Assembly (NCBI GenBank): GCA_001303705.1
Contig: LJUI01000008.1
Location: 1 to 54,589, forward strand
Source of the DNA: a candidate division TA06 bacterium SM23_40
GTDB taxonomy: Bacteria > LJUI01 > SM1-40
DNA length: 54,589 nt
Direction of reading: 5' to 3'
This document shows, piece after piece, positions 1 to 10,027 of this stretch (positions within the stretch are counted from its first letter, which is position 1; every line of letters starts with the position of its first letter). The position numbers and the translations under genes are program-made. The notes below the pieces were generated by a model that was given only the letters and a program-made list of their open reading frames with translations, ran no database searches and had not been told where the DNA came from.

Positions 1-655
1 CCCTGCGTACCGTCCCTACTTCTGTCCCCACCCAGGGGCCGACGCCTACCCGCCAGCGATCGATGGTCTCGTCATAACGAGGCACAAGAGCCTTTTCGAT
101 TCTCTGGCCATCCCGATCGACGATAAGGCGCATCTCCGATCCATCGCACTCAGCGACAGCGTCAACAAGATCAGACCAGAACTGCACAGACCTGCCGTCG
201 GCGCTGATGATCCGATCACCCGGGAGCAGCCCTGCCGAGGCGGCCGGGGATCCCTCCTCGATCTGTCCCACAACAGGTTTATACGTCTCGATCCCCAGCG
301 TGTAGACGATGCCGAACAGGATTATCCCTGCAAATACCAGATTTCCCATGGGCCCGGCGAGGACCACGATACTTCGAGCCCACACGGGTTTTGCCGAGAA
401 CCGCCCCTCGGTCTCTGTCTCGACACCCGGTTCCGCCAGCCCCTCCTCGCCGGCCATCCGCACATAGCCGCCGAAGGGAAGGCTCGACAGCCGGTATTCG
501 GTCCCACCCACCTCTATTCCGAAGAGCCGCGGCCCGAACCCGATCGAGAATCTCAGTACCTTGATGCCCAGCCTCTTAGCAGCAAGGAGGTGTCCAAACT
601 CATGGATTACGATCAGCACACTGAGCACGAGTAGCGTGGCGAGCAAGGTAGTCAA
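1..655 (-). CDS. rseP: RIP metalloprotease RseP (3' end runs off the window)
   Basis: Not in the ORF track. Manual translation from TTG at 655: MTTLLATLLVLSVLIVIHEFGH...FSIGFGP...GGYVRMAGE...AGPMGN, then a PDZ-like segment; frame open to base 1; follows dxr. Confidence 0.93.
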   Translation of the reverse strand, partial: MTTLLATLLVLSVLIVIHEFGHLLAAKRLGIKVLRFSIGFGPRLFGIEVGGTEYRLSSLPFGGYVRMAGEEGLAEPGVETETEGRFSAKPVWARSIVVLAGPMGNLVFAGIILFGIVYTLGIETYKPVVGQIEEGSPAASAGLLPGDRIISADGRSVQFWSDLVDAVAECDGSEMRLIVDRDGQRIEKALVPRYDETIDRWRVGVGPWVGTEVGTVRR

Positions 656-665
656 GATCGCACCA

Positions 666-1844
666 TCACTTCGCGTCCGCCGGCCGCTGACTCCTATCTT
701 CGATCCGACTCGTGACGAACTCCCTCGCCCAGCGGTCGGCCTCGATGACATCTGCATAGGACGGACGCAGCCTGTTTGTGTGGTGACGCATCGCCTCCGA
801 GACCATGGCGGGGATCGTATCGAATCCGATGCGTCCCGCGAGAAAGGAGGCAACCGCCGTGTCATTTGCCGCGTTGAGCACTGCAGGCACGGTTCCCCCT
901 GCCCGCAGAGCATCGTAGGCGAGCGCCAAACATGGAAAGCGCTCGAGATCCGGTTCCCTGAATTCCAGCTGGCCCACAGAGATAAGGTCGCATGACGATG
1001 CCAATGACGGGATCCGTTCCGGGTACACAAGCGCATACTGGATCGGCAAGCGCATGTCAGGTACTGCCAGCTGTGCAATCATTGAGCCATCTGCGAATTC
1101 GACTATGGAATGGATCATCGACTGAGGGTGGATCAGCACCTCTATTTGCTGCGGTTCGAGACCGAAGAGCCAGTGCGCCTCTATGACTTCCAGTCCCTTA
1201 TTCATCAGTGTCGCCGAGTCAATGGTGATCTTCTGTCCCATGCTCCACACCGGATGACGCAGCGCGTCACCGGGTGAGATGCTCGAGAAGGCCTCACGCG
1301 GGGTATCGAGGAACGGGCCCCCAGAGGCGGTCAAAAAGACCCTCGACACCTCCCCCGCGGCACCGCACCGCAGACACTGGTGTATGGCAGAATGCTCACT
1401 GTCGATAGGCAGCAGCTCTCCAGGGCCGGCTGCAACCTCCTCCATCATCAGCTGGCCGAACGTCACCAATATCTCCTTGTTGGCAAGCCCCACCCGCTTC
1501 CCGGAACGGAGCGCCTCTCTCGTGGGCAGGAACCCGGCCACGCCGGCCATGGCGTTTACCACGACGTGGGCTCGCGGGTCCGCTGCAAGGTCGACAAGAG
1601 CCTCCGGCCCGCCCTCAACTGTCGTGTCGGCGGGAAACCCCACCGCCCCCTGGCCGCCGCCCGCGGCCGCATCGGCGAGCACGGCCCGCACAGACCCGTA
1701 CGATCGACACTGCTCTCTCAGCACATCTACCTGCGTATTGGCGGCCATGCCATAGACGCGGAAGCGGTCCGGGAGACGTCGAACCACTTCGAGAGTCATC
1801 CTGCCGATCGACCCTGTTGAACCGAGTATGACCACGTTTTTCAT
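666..1844 (-). CDS. dxr: 1-deoxy-D-xylulose 5-phosphate reductoisomerase
   Basis: LGSTGSIG, LANKE, PIDSEHSA, TASGGPF, WSMGQKITIDSATLMNKGLE motifs. Confidence 0.98.
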   Translation of the reverse strand: MKNVVILGSTGSIGRMTLEVVRRLPDRFRVYGMAANTQVDVLREQCRSYGSVRAVLADAAAGGGQGAVGFPADTTVEGGPEALVDLAADPRAHVVVNAMAGVAGFLPTREALRSGKRVGLANKEILVTFGQLMMEEVAAGPGELLPIDSEHSAIHQCLRCGAAGEVSRVFLTASGGPFLDTPREAFSSISPGDALRHPVWSMGQKITIDSATLMNKGLEVIEAHWLFGLEPQQIEVLIHPQSMIHSIVEFADGSMIAQLAVPDMRLPIQYALVYPERIPSLASSCDLISVGQLEFREPDLERFPCLALAYDALRAGGTVPAVLNAANDTAVASFLAGRIGFDTIPAMVSEAMRHHTNRLRPSYADVIEADRWAREFVTSRIEDRSQRPADAK

Positions 1845-2671
1845 CGAAGCACAAAGAATCTGAGGTAGTAGTACGTGATAGGCGCAGTCAACAGTAGGCT
1901 GTCGAACCTGTCGAGCACACCGCCGTGACCGGGTATCGTCTTAGCCGAATCCTTGAGATTCGCGTCTCGCTTGATCAGCGATTCAATCAGATCGCCGATG
2001 GTGGCGAAGGCACTCACCAGCACCCCGAGGCCGATGCAATCTCCGATAGTAAGATAGCGCGCGAACCACGCTCTCGCCACAAACGCCATCACAAGCACAG
2101 ACAGTGTTCCATACACGACGCCCTCGACTGACTTCTCCGGGCTTATCCGCGCAAGCAGCTTTCGCCTGCCGAACCCTATCCCGGCAAAGTAGGCCGTGGT
2201 GTCGAATGCCCAGGTGAGTACGTACGGGAGAAGCGCATAGCCCGTGCCTTCACTGTATTCAGTGCCCAGCACACGCGGCAGCTCGCGCAGAAGAAGCAGA
2301 TGACTTCCCAACCAGCCGACATAGAGGATGCCAAAGATCGTGCCTGCAATGTGGAATATCGCGCGGTCGAGATCGCGCCGAAACAGCTCCGAGACCATTG
2401 CGACGAACAGGACCAACGTGAACAGGGTGAACGCCCAGAGGGGATTCTGGAAGTAGACACCGAACCCGAGGATCACCGCCCCCCCGATCCCCAGAGTCTT
2501 TCGCGGCCTCGTGCCCTTTGTCTCCATGATGCGGTAGTATTCGTACGTGCCGACGCCTATCAGGAGTTCAACGAGGATCAAATAGTAGATCCCACCCTCG
2601 TGAAGTATGATCACCAAGATGGGGATGTAGAGGCAGGCTGTGACAATCCGTCTGACCAAGTTCAGTGTCAT
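1841..2671 (-). CDS. cdsA: phosphatidate cytidylyltransferase
   Basis: Multi-TM protein with ISPEKSVEG and IPGHGGVLDRFDS motifs; lies between uppS and dxr. Confidence 0.96.
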   Translation of the reverse strand: MTLNLVRRIVTACLYIPILVIILHEGGIYYLILVELLIGVGTYEYYRIMETKGTRPRKTLGIGGAVILGFGVYFQNPLWAFTLFTLVLFVAMVSELFRRDLDRAIFHIAGTIFGILYVGWLGSHLLLLRELPRVLGTEYSEGTGYALLPYVLTWAFDTTAYFAGIGFGRRKLLARISPEKSVEGVVYGTLSVLVMAFVARAWFARYLTIGDCIGLGVLVSAFATIGDLIESLIKRDANLKDSAKTIPGHGGVLDRFDSLLLTAPITYYYLRFFVLR

Positions 2672-3417
2672 TCGACTCGACCATATCTCCGCTCACGCCT
2701 TCCGAATTCCCTGACAGCCTCGTAAAGATGCTCCCGCCGGAAATCTGGCCACATCACATCGGTTACCCATATCTCCGTGTAAGCGAGCTGCCAGAGGAGG
2801 AAGTTGGAGATGCGGAGTTCCCCGCTCGTCCGTATCAGCAGATCGGGGTCCGGGATTTCGGGATCATACAGGTAGTTGCGAAAACTCTCCTCGTCCAGCG
2901 CATCGAGTGAGAGCTCCCCCGTCTTGATCCTGCGCGCAACGGATCGAACGCCATCAACGATCTCACTCCGTCCTCCATAGCTGAGGGCCAGGCGGAGCTT
3001 GAGTCCGGTATTGCCTGAAGTCTCCTTGATCGCCCTGATCAGTTCATCGCGCACTGGCCCCGGCAGGTCGTCGATCCGCCCAATCGTCCGCAATTGCACC
3101 TGATTCTTCTGTAATTCCTTGAGCTCCGACCGGATCTGCTCCCGTAGGAGGCCGAGGAGTGCCGATATCTCTCGTCTCGGACGTTGCCAGTTCTCGATCG
3201 AGAACGCATAGATCGTGAGGACATCAATGCCCATTTCACCACAGGCACGCACCGTATCTCGAACCGACTCGATACCTGCCCGGTGCCCGGCAATGCGCGG
3301 CAATCCACGCTGCCGGGCCCATCGTCCGTTCCCGTCCGGTATGACGGCAAGATGACGGGGCAGCGTTGCTCCCTTCAGATCCTCAGGTACCCCTTCTTGC
3401 TCGTTTCGCCCTGGCAC
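2668..3417 (-). CDS. uppS: isoprenyl transferase (undecaprenyl diphosphate synthase)
   Basis: HLAVIPDGNGRWA, AFSIENWQRP, RTSGELRISNFLLWQ; start placed at GTG 3417 because the longer ORF overlaps the promoter. Confidence 0.95.
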   Translation of the reverse strand: MPGRNEQEGVPEDLKGATLPRHLAVIPDGNGRWARQRGLPRIAGHRAGIESVRDTVRACGEMGIDVLTIYAFSIENWQRPRREISALLGLLREQIRSELKELQKNQVQLRTIGRIDDLPGPVRDELIRAIKETSGNTGLKLRLALSYGGRSEIVDGVRSVARRIKTGELSLDALDEESFRNYLYDPEIPDPDLLIRTSGELRISNFLLWQLAYTEIWVTDVMWPDFRREHLYEAVREFGRRERRYGRVE

Positions 3418-3580
3418 TCTCCCGACCCTCTTCCATCGATTGCCTGTCCCCGAGCGCAACGCGACTTCAGTCATCACAACAGAGTAGACCGCTAACCATC
3501 GGCTCCAGAGATGGGCACGCAACCCTACGACACAGGAATCGCCTAACCCTTTGGCGATAAATGCCGTCAGCCCTTCGCGG

Positions 3581-3609
3581 ATTATAGATACCGCACTGTG
3601 CGATGTCAA
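3581..3609 (-). promoter_or_regulatory. sigma70-type promoter for uppS-cdsA-dxr-rseP
   Basis: Perfect TTGACA-N17-TATAAT on the minus strand, just downstream of the frr terminator. Confidence 0.88.
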
Positions 3610-3638
3610 GGCAATTCCCCGACCACCGCCACAGATAG

Positions 3639-3667
3639 AAAAAGCCCTTCGCGACTACACGAAGGAC
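3639..3667 (-). terminator. intrinsic terminator after frr
   Basis: GTCCTTCGTG-TAGT-CGCGAAGGGC hairpin followed by TTTTT. Confidence 0.8.
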
Positions 3668-3732
3668 CCCAGCTTCCGCAATGGCAGGCGCCACAAGCAC
3701 TGTGTTGTCGAGGGGACGTCGCACGAGACGTC

Positions 3733-4290
3733 CTAGACCTCCATGATCTCCTTCTCCTTATCCAGTAATAGAGCGTCGACCTCTTCGATGGTCTTGTCCG
3801 TCAGCTCCTGAATCTTCTCGAACCACCGGTGCTCTTCATCCCGGGATATCTCCCCCGTCTTCTCCATCTTCTTGAGAGCATCGTTTGCGTCCCGGCGGAT
3901 GTTGCGCGCCGCGATACGACCCTCCTCTGCCAGCTTTCTGACGACCCTCACGAGTTCTTTCCGCCTCTCCTCAGTCAGGGGGGGGATGGGGACGCGCACG
4001 ATGTTTCCGTCGTTCGACGGCGTGAGTCCCAGATCAGACTTGTGCAGAGCCCTCTCGATCTCCGGAATGATGCTCTTGTCCCACGGTTGAATGACGAGGA
4101 GCCGCATTTCCGGCACGCTTATACCCGCGACCTGGCTGAGCGCGACCTGCGAGCCGTAGTAGTCCACCTTGATGCCGTCAAGGAGCGTCGTCGTCGCCTT
4201 GCCCGTCCGTATCCCCGCCAGTTCGCGTCCCACCGCCTCGACGCTCTTCTCCATCTTCGCCTTGGTTTCTCGAAAGACAGGATCGAACAT
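3733..4290 (-). CDS. frr: ribosome recycling factor
   Basis: IRTGKA, VDYYG, PPLTEERRKELV, RNIRRDAN. Confidence 0.98.
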   Translation of the reverse strand: MFDPVFRETKAKMEKSVEAVGRELAGIRTGKATTTLLDGIKVDYYGSQVALSQVAGISVPEMRLLVIQPWDKSIIPEIERALHKSDLGLTPSNDGNIVRVPIPPLTEERRKELVRVVRKLAEEGRIAARNIRRDANDALKKMEKTGEISRDEEHRWFEKIQELTDKTIEEVDALLLDKEKEIMEV

Positions 4291-4294
4291 GGAA

Positions 4295-5014
4295 TCAACC
4301 CTCCCTCACAACCGTACCGACCTTCTCTCCTTCTATAACACGACGAAGGTTACCGCTCACGTTCAGGTTGAAAACGATGATCGGCAGGGAGTTCTCCATA
4401 CAGAGTGAGATCGCCGTGGCATCCATGGCCTTGAGACCCTTGCTCAGGACTTCGAGATAGGTGAGCTCATCGTACTTGGTTGCATCCGGGACCTCCACCG
4501 GATCCGCATCGTAGATCCCTTCGACCTTAGTGCCCTTCAGGATAACCTCTGCCCCGATCTCCACCGCGCGGAGCGTGGCGGCCGTATCAGTTGTGAAGTA
4601 GGGATTTCCTGTCCCACAGGCAAAAATGACGACTCGGTTCTTCTCCAGATGTCGCGTCGCTCGCCGCCTGATATATGGCTCCGCCATCTGGGATATTGCT
4701 ATTGCGCTCATCACACGGGTCACAGTGCCGTGCTTTTCCAGGTAATCCTGAAGGGCGACGGCGTTGATCATCGTGGCGAGCATCCCCATATAATCACCTG
4801 TGACTCGCTCCACTCCCAGATGCTCTGCCGTGTGGCCGCGAAAGATGTTCCCGCCCCCGATCACCAGTCCCAACTCGACTCCAGTCTCCACTGCATCGAG
4901 CACTTCAGTGCCAACGCGTTCAAGCGACATGGGATCTATCCCACGCCCACCCTCTGGCGCGAGGACCTCACCGCTCAACTTCAGCAGAACACGTCCGTAT
5001 CTCCGCTCTGACAC
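4295..5014 (-). CDS. pyrH: uridylate kinase
   Basis: [32 protein letters not shown]; start set at GTG 5014. Confidence 0.97.
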   Translation of the reverse strand: MSERRYGRVLLKLSGEVLAPEGGRGIDPMSLERVGTEVLDAVETGVELGLVIGGGNIFRGHTAEHLGVERVTGDYMGMLATMINAVALQDYLEKHGTVTRVMSAIAISQMAEPYIRRRATRHLEKNRVVIFACGTGNPYFTTDTAATLRAVEIGAEVILKGTKVEGIYDADPVEVPDATKYDELTYLEVLSKGLKAMDATAISLCMENSLPIIVFNLNVSGNLRRVIEGEKVGTVVREG

Positions 5015-5042
5015 GTCTACCCCGCAATCGAGGAGGACGACC

Positions 5043-5636
5043 TCACTCGCCCAGACGGAACCGCGCAAACCGTCTCACTGTGATATTCTCGCCGATCTTG
5101 GCGATCTGCTCGGTGATCACATCCCCTACCGTACGGTCGGGATCCTTGATGAACGGTTGCTCCAGGAGGCAGGTATCCCGGTAGAATTTCTCCATTTTCC
5201 CTTCGACGATCCGCTCGACTACCTGCTCCGGCTTCCCCGAACTCCGGGCCTGACTGCGATAGATATCCTGCTCCCGCTCAATAAGATCAGCCGGGAGCTG
5301 GTCCCTCGATACTGCAATTGGATTCGACGCTGCCACCTGCATGGCGATATCCCTCGCAAGCCGTCGAAACTCCTCGTTCCTGCCGACAAAGTCTGTCTCG
5401 CAGTTGATCTCCACCAGGACACCCAAACGCTCGCCGGGATGGATGTAGGCGTCTATCACCCCCTCGAGAGTAGCTCTCCCCACCCGTTTCCCCGCCTTGG
5501 CAATGCCTTGTTTGCGCAGATGCTCAATGGCAGCTTCGATGTCGCCGTCGGTGGCCTCGAGCGCCCGTTTGCAGTCCATGATACCGACACCAGTTCTCTC
5601 CCGCAACTCCTTCACCAGCGTTGGCGTAATACCCAT
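5043..5636 (-). CDS. tsf: translation elongation factor Ts (short form)
   Basis: [28 protein letters not shown]; follows rpsB. Confidence 0.97.
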   Translation of the reverse strand: MGITPTLVKELRERTGVGIMDCKRALEATDGDIEAAIEHLRKQGIAKAGKRVGRATLEGVIDAYIHPGERLGVLVEINCETDFVGRNEEFRRLARDIAMQVAASNPIAVSRDQLPADLIEREQDIYRSQARSSGKPEQVVERIVEGKMEKFYRDTCLLEQPFIKDPDRTVGDVITEQIAKIGENITVRRFARFRLGE

Positions 5637-5740
5637 CTCCTCTCATCCCCCAATGGAGGTTAGCACTCAGTCATCTCTCTGGCCGACCGCACCCGTTCGA
5701 TTCGATCCTCCGCACACACAGTCGATAGCGCCGATGATCG

Positions 5741-6514
5741 TCATGATTGCTGAGGCGTCGTCATGCCCTCAGTCCAGGCCTCCATCTTCTTGCCCTCGGT
5801 CGATGCGGCGAGTTCTGTGCGGCGGTCCATGAGTCTTTGTTTGCCTTCAAGTACTGCGTCAGCGATCAACCTGGTAATCAGCCTCACCGACCGTATCGCA
5901 TCGTCGTTCCCCGGGATCGGATAGTCGATAGGATCCGGATCGGAGTTGGTGTCGAGAATGGCAACGACGGGGACCCGAATGCGGTTCGCCTCCGCCACCG
6001 CGATCCTCTCCTTCCGGGCGTCTACGACATATACGATGCTCGGCAGATCATTCATCTCCTTGATACCCCCCAAGATCCGTTCGAGTCGCTCCCTCTCCTT
6101 CTCGAAACGAAGCACCTCCTTCTTGGGGAGAAGGTCGAACCGACCATCCTCCTTCATGCGCTCCAGGCTCTTCAGCCGTTCTATGTTGCGTTTGATCGTC
6201 CGGAAGTTCGTCAGCATTCCTCCCAGCCAGCGCTCTGAAACACTGAACATCGCGCAGCGGGCGCTCTCTTGAACAATGGTCTCCTTGGCCTGCCGTTTCG
6301 TGCCGACGAAGAGAACAGTCCCGCCGTCCGCCACGGCATCCGATACCGTCTGGCTCGCTTTACGAAGGAGGTTGGCAGTCTTCTGGAGGTCGATGATGTA
6401 GATCCCATTCCGCTCCGAGAAGATGTATTTCTTCATCTTCGGGTTCCACCGGCGAGTGCGGTGCCCGAAGTGAACGCCAGCCTCGAGCAGTTCTTTCATC
6501 GAGACTACTGACAA
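5741..6514 (-). CDS. rpsB: 30S ribosomal protein S2
   Basis: [38 protein letters not shown]. Confidence 0.98.
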   Translation of the reverse strand: MSVVSMKELLEAGVHFGHRTRRWNPKMKKYIFSERNGIYIIDLQKTANLLRKASQTVSDAVADGGTVLFVGTKRQAKETIVQESARCAMFSVSERWLGGMLTNFRTIKRNIERLKSLERMKEDGRFDLLPKKEVLRFEKERERLERILGGIKEMNDLPSIVYVVDARKERIAVAEANRIRVPVVAILDTNSDPDPIDYPIPGNDDAIRSVRLITRLIADAVLEGKQRLMDRRTELAASTEGKKMEAWTEGMTTPQQS

Positions 6515-6536
6515 GATTCTCTCCTTCCTGCGAATC

Positions 6537-6644
6537 GGTTATCGCCTCCGCTCCCGTCAACTCCCATCCGGACTGGACCCGCGGGCTCTTCACCTGCTGA
6601 GAGCCGGGGTGCCCAGCACCGCCGGTGGGATCGGGGAGCGTGTG
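6537..6644 (-). ncRNA. t44 / S2 (rpsB) leader RNA
   Basis: CACACGCTCCCC...GGCGGTGC...GGATGGGAG...GGGAGCGGAGGCGATAACC directly upstream of rpsB; the ACAC...GGUGC...GGAGGC..UAACC pattern and closing stem match the rpsB leader. Confidence 0.8.
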
Positions 6645-6657
6645 AAATGGAGGCAGA

Positions 6658-7050
6658 CTAGCGCTTGGAGAACTGGAAACGCTTTCTGCGCTTAGCCAGC
6701 CCGTACTTCATGCGTTCTTTCCGTCTCGGATCCCTCATCAGGAACCCGGACTTCTTCAGAACAGGCCGCAACGAATCATCGTATCGGAGGAGAGCTCTCG
6801 CTATGCCGAGCCGCAGAGCACCCGCCTGGCCCGAGATCCCGCCCCCTCCGACCTTCGCCAACAAGTCGAATTGGTCTCCCGTCTCCGTAAGGTTGAACGG
6901 CTGCTCAATGATCATGACGAGGCTCTCCCGGCCGAAGTAGTCCATAAGATCATTCCCGTTGACCCGCCTCCGGCCCGAGCCAGGCCTCAGCCGAACTTCG
7001 GCCACGGATTCCTTTCTGCGACCTGTCGCCCGGTATTCAACCAGCGCCAT
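6658..7050 (-). CDS. rpsI: 30S ribosomal protein S9
   Basis: [20 protein letters not shown]-terminal QFSKR; ATG 7050 follows GGAGG. Confidence 0.97.
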   Translation of the reverse strand: MALVEYRATGRRKESVAEVRLRPGSGRRRVNGNDLMDYFGRESLVMIIEQPFNLTETGDQFDLLAKVGGGGISGQAGALRLGIARALLRYDDSLRPVLKKSGFLMRDPRRKERMKYGLAKRRKRFQFSKR

Positions 7051-7209
7051 ATGGACCTCCATTAATAGACTTCACCCGCGCCACTGGTACTCGAAAGTCA
7101 AGACCGCCCCCGCAAGACCCCAGTCCTGATCGCGAGGCAACGGCTTCAGAAGCCACGACTATGAGCCAAGATCCCCAGGCAGGACAGGCTGCGGGGTGAC
7201 TCGCCTCGC

Positions 7210-7638
7210 TCATATGGCCAGTACTTCAGGCGTCTGAGCCTGGTGCGGGTGAGTCGGACCGCTGTACACACGAAGTTTCTTGAGCATTCTCCGCCCGAGG
7301 CGATTTCGGGGAAGCATGCCCTTCACCGCCAGGTAGATGACTCTCTCCGGATGTTTCTCCAGCATCTGCTTGAACGTGATCGTCTTCACGCCGCCGGGGT
7401 AGCCAGAATGGCGATGGTACGTCTTCGTCTGCGATTTCTGGCCGGTCACGATGACCTTTTCTGCATTGATGACGATGACGTGGTCCCCGAGATCGAGGTG
7501 CGGAGTGAACTCCGGCCTATGTTTGCCCCGAAGTATGTAGGCAATGCGACTCGCTAGCCTGCCGAGCACTTTCCCTTCGGCATCGACCACATACCACCGC
7601 TGCTCAGCCTCGAGGAGTCCAGGAACATATGTCCGCAT
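7210..7638 (-). CDS. rplM: 50S ribosomal protein L13
   Basis: [30 protein letters not shown]. Confidence 0.98.
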   Translation of the reverse strand: MRTYVPGLLEAEQRWYVVDAEGKVLGRLASRIAYILRGKHRPEFTPHLDLGDHVIVINAEKVIVTGQKSQTKTYHRHSGYPGGVKTITFKQMLEKHPERVIYLAVKGMLPRNRLGRRMLKKLRVYSGPTHPHQAQTPEVLAI

Positions 7639-7679
7639 CGGACCCTCCTTGATGCCCTCAGAAGTCCGCTAAAATACTT

Positions 7680-7709
7680 AATCTACATCCCATCGTCGCC
7701 TAAAGTCAA
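7680..7709 (-). promoter_or_regulatory. putative sigma70 promoter for rplM-rpsI
   Basis: TTGACT-N18-TAGATT in an AT-rich patch about 40 nt upstream of rplM. Confidence 0.65.
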
Positions 7710-7773
7710 GGAAAATCTGGGTATATCTGACGAAAAACTGGGCTAGCCCCCGAAGCCCAAGTGAATCATCATC

Positions 7774-8817
7774 TTACGGCTCAGCGACGATCCCGGGGAG
7801 ATTCTGCCCCACCGGCTCTTCGATAATGCCTCGCTCGGTCACTATCGCGGAGACCAGCTCCGCGGGCGTGACGTCGAAGGCCGGATTTCTCACAGGCATG
7901 TCGGCGGGCGCGATGGCATGTCCGGCGATCTCTCGCACTTCTTCCGGACCACGTTCCTCAATGGGGATCTCAGCGCCGCTGCCGATCGAGAGATCGAACG
8001 TCGAGACGGGGGCCGCCACATAGAAAGGGATGCCGTGCCTTCGGGCGGAGATCGCCAGTCCGTACGTACCGATCTTGTTGGCGACATCCCCGTTGCGGGC
8101 TATTCTATCGGCACCCACGATGACGCAATCGATCCGCTCCTGGCGCATGATGTGTGCGGCCGCTCCGTCGCATATGAGTGTCGCCCCTATCCCCTCTTTC
8201 ACTAGCTCCCACGCCGTGAGCCTTGCCCCCTGGAGAACCGGCCGCGTCTCAGGCACAAAGACATGAATCTGTTTCCCCTTCTCTCTCGCCGAGCGGATCA
8301 CCCCCAGTGCAGTTCCCCACCCGGCCGTGGCCAGAGCTCCGGCATTGCAGTAGGTCATCACCTTTGCCGTCCCGCCGATGAGACGGGCGCCATACTCTCC
8401 AATCGTACGGCATTGTGCGAGGTCCTCGGCAGCAATGGCCTTGGCCTCCTCGAGCAAAGCATGTCGGACGCCCTCTCGCCCCAATGCGGCGGCCTCCGTG
8501 AAGACCCCTTCCATCCTGTCCAGGGCCCACCTTAGATTGATGGCTGTCGGCCTTGCCGCCTCCACCAGGGCCCGGTCACATCGAAACTGCTGTTGAAGAG
8601 CAGCTCGATCATCTGTATCCAGATACCAGATACTCAACACCATGCCCATCGCCGCGGCGACTCCGATGGCCGGAGCTCCGCGGACCGACAGATTCTGAAT
8701 GGCATCGGCGACCTCCGCCCCGGTCCTGCACTCTATGTATGCGAGCGAGTGCGGCAATCGCCGTTGGTCGATGAGACGCACAACTCCATCAGCCCATTCT
8801 ACTGTCCGTATCTCCAT
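7774..8817 (-). CDS. mtnA: S-methyl-5-thioribose-1-phosphate isomerase
   Basis: VRGAPAIG, RPTAINL, CNAGALAT, ETRPVLQGARLT, GDVANKIGTY, NPAFDVTP. Confidence 0.96.
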   Translation of the reverse strand: MEIRTVEWADGVVRLIDQRRLPHSLAYIECRTGAEVADAIQNLSVRGAPAIGVAAAMGMVLSIWYLDTDDRAALQQQFRCDRALVEAARPTAINLRWALDRMEGVFTEAAALGREGVRHALLEEAKAIAAEDLAQCRTIGEYGARLIGGTAKVMTYCNAGALATAGWGTALGVIRSAREKGKQIHVFVPETRPVLQGARLTAWELVKEGIGATLICDGAAAHIMRQERIDCVIVGADRIARNGDVANKIGTYGLAISARRHGIPFYVAAPVSTFDLSIGSGAEIPIEERGPEEVREIAGHAIAPADMPVRNPAFDVTPAELVSAIVTERGIIEEPVGQNLPGIVAEP

Positions 8818-8863
8818 CGTCGCACCTCGGAAGTACCTGTCGCCTTGTCCGTTTCCCGTACGC

Positions 8864-9448
8864 CTACTCTCCCTTCATCAGCCCGAATTCCCTCAACATC
8901 GCGTAGAGCCTTGCCACCGGCAACCCGACGACGTTATAGAAGCAGCCCTCGATTCTGTCCACAAAGAGCGCACCCATCCCCTGGATCCCATAGGCCCCCG
9001 CCTTGTCCAGAGGTTCTCCTGTAAGAACGTACCGATCGATCTCACTTCTGGTGATGCGACGGAAGTGGACAACTGTCGTCTCCACCTCCACAAGCTCCCG
9101 TCCACTCGCTACATCGAACACTGCGAGGCCAGTATGCACCTGGTGGGCGCGGCCGCTCAGTGAGGCGAGCATCGCGGCCGCGTCTTCCTGATCCCGGGGC
9201 TTGCCCAACACCCCTTCCCCACAGACGACGACGGTATCGGCGCCCACCACGATACCTTCCACGAGACGCCTGGCCACATCTCTGGCCTTCTCCACCGCCA
9301 CACTCCGAACCAGCTCCAGGGGCTTCTCTTGAAGTCCCACCTCCTCATCGACCCTGCTCGGCATCACGATGAAAGGGATACCGATCTGACGAAGTATCCA
9401 CTGTCTCCGCGGCGAGGATGAGGCCAGGACGATCGGGATCGCAGTCAT
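8864..9448 (-). CDS. maf: Maf family nucleoside triphosphate pyrophosphatase (YhdE-like)
   Basis: LASSSPRR, GADTVV, DKAGAYGIQ, NVVGLP. Confidence 0.95.
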   Translation of the reverse strand: MTAIPIVLASSSPRRQWILRQIGIPFIVMPSRVDEEVGLQEKPLELVRSVAVEKARDVARRLVEGIVVGADTVVVCGEGVLGKPRDQEDAAAMLASLSGRAHQVHTGLAVFDVASGRELVEVETTVVHFRRITRSEIDRYVLTGEPLDKAGAYGIQGMGALFVDRIEGCFYNVVGLPVARLYAMLREFGLMKGE

Positions 9449-9505
9449 TGCTCAGTATCGCTCCTCGTAACACGGCCAGAGATTTTCCGGGCAGGGATAT
9501 GGATG

Positions 9506-9540
9506 AAAAAGAGGAGGCAAGGGATGCCAACCCTTGCCTC
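9506..9540 (-). terminator. intrinsic terminator after the HU gene
   Basis: GAGGCAAGGG-TTGGCAT-CCCTTGCCTC perfect 10-bp stem, then CTCTTTTT. Confidence 0.8.
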
Positions 9541-9569
9541 GGAGTCCCTAAGCAGCCACAGGACGGACA

Positions 9570-9842
9570 CTACTTGATTGCATTTCTGAGCTTCTGGCCC
9601 GCCTTGAAGGCGGGAACTCTCTTCCCCTTCACATGGATGATCTCACCTGTCTGCGGGTTGCGAGCGTTCCTCGGCGCTCGCTTCTTGACGGAGAAAGTGC
9701 CGAATCCCACGAAGGATACCCTATCACCCTTCTTCAGCGCTTTGGTGATGCCGCCCAGCATGGCGCTCAACGCGACATCAGCCTGCCGCTTGGTGATTCT
9801 GGCGTCTTTCGCCATCGCATTGATCACATCCTGCTTGTTCAC
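9570..9842 (-). CDS. hup: HU family DNA-binding protein
   Basis: MNKQDVI...VGFGTF...RNPQTGE...PAFKAG; GTG 9842 correctly spaced from AGGAGG. Confidence 0.95.
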   Translation of the reverse strand: MNKQDVINAMAKDARITKRQADVALSAMLGGITKALKKGDRVSFVGFGTFSVKKRAPRNARNPQTGEIIHVKGKRVPAFKAGQKLRNAIK

Positions 9843-9880
9843 AGAGTTCACCTCCTTTCACTTGGGACTCCAATCGAGCC

Positions 9881-9910
9881 ACTATAGCCCATTCCGCCGA
9901 TCGGCGTCAA
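9881..9910 (-). promoter_or_regulatory. putative sigma70 promoter for HU
   Basis: TTGACG-N18-TATAGT upstream of the hup RBS. Confidence 0.7.
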
Positions 9911-10027
9911 GCGCAATTTTGACAAATTCTTCACATTTCTCCGAACAGCCCGATCGGGCCTCGAGCCCGCCCTCCTGGCGCGCCGATCCGGGACCCGGAT
10001 CTCAAGAAGGAGGGAAGACGAAGGTCC

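Noticed and set aside
5043..5636. Short EF-Ts as a truncation
   Set aside because: EF-Ts of about 200 aa is a known natural form; start and end motifs are intact.
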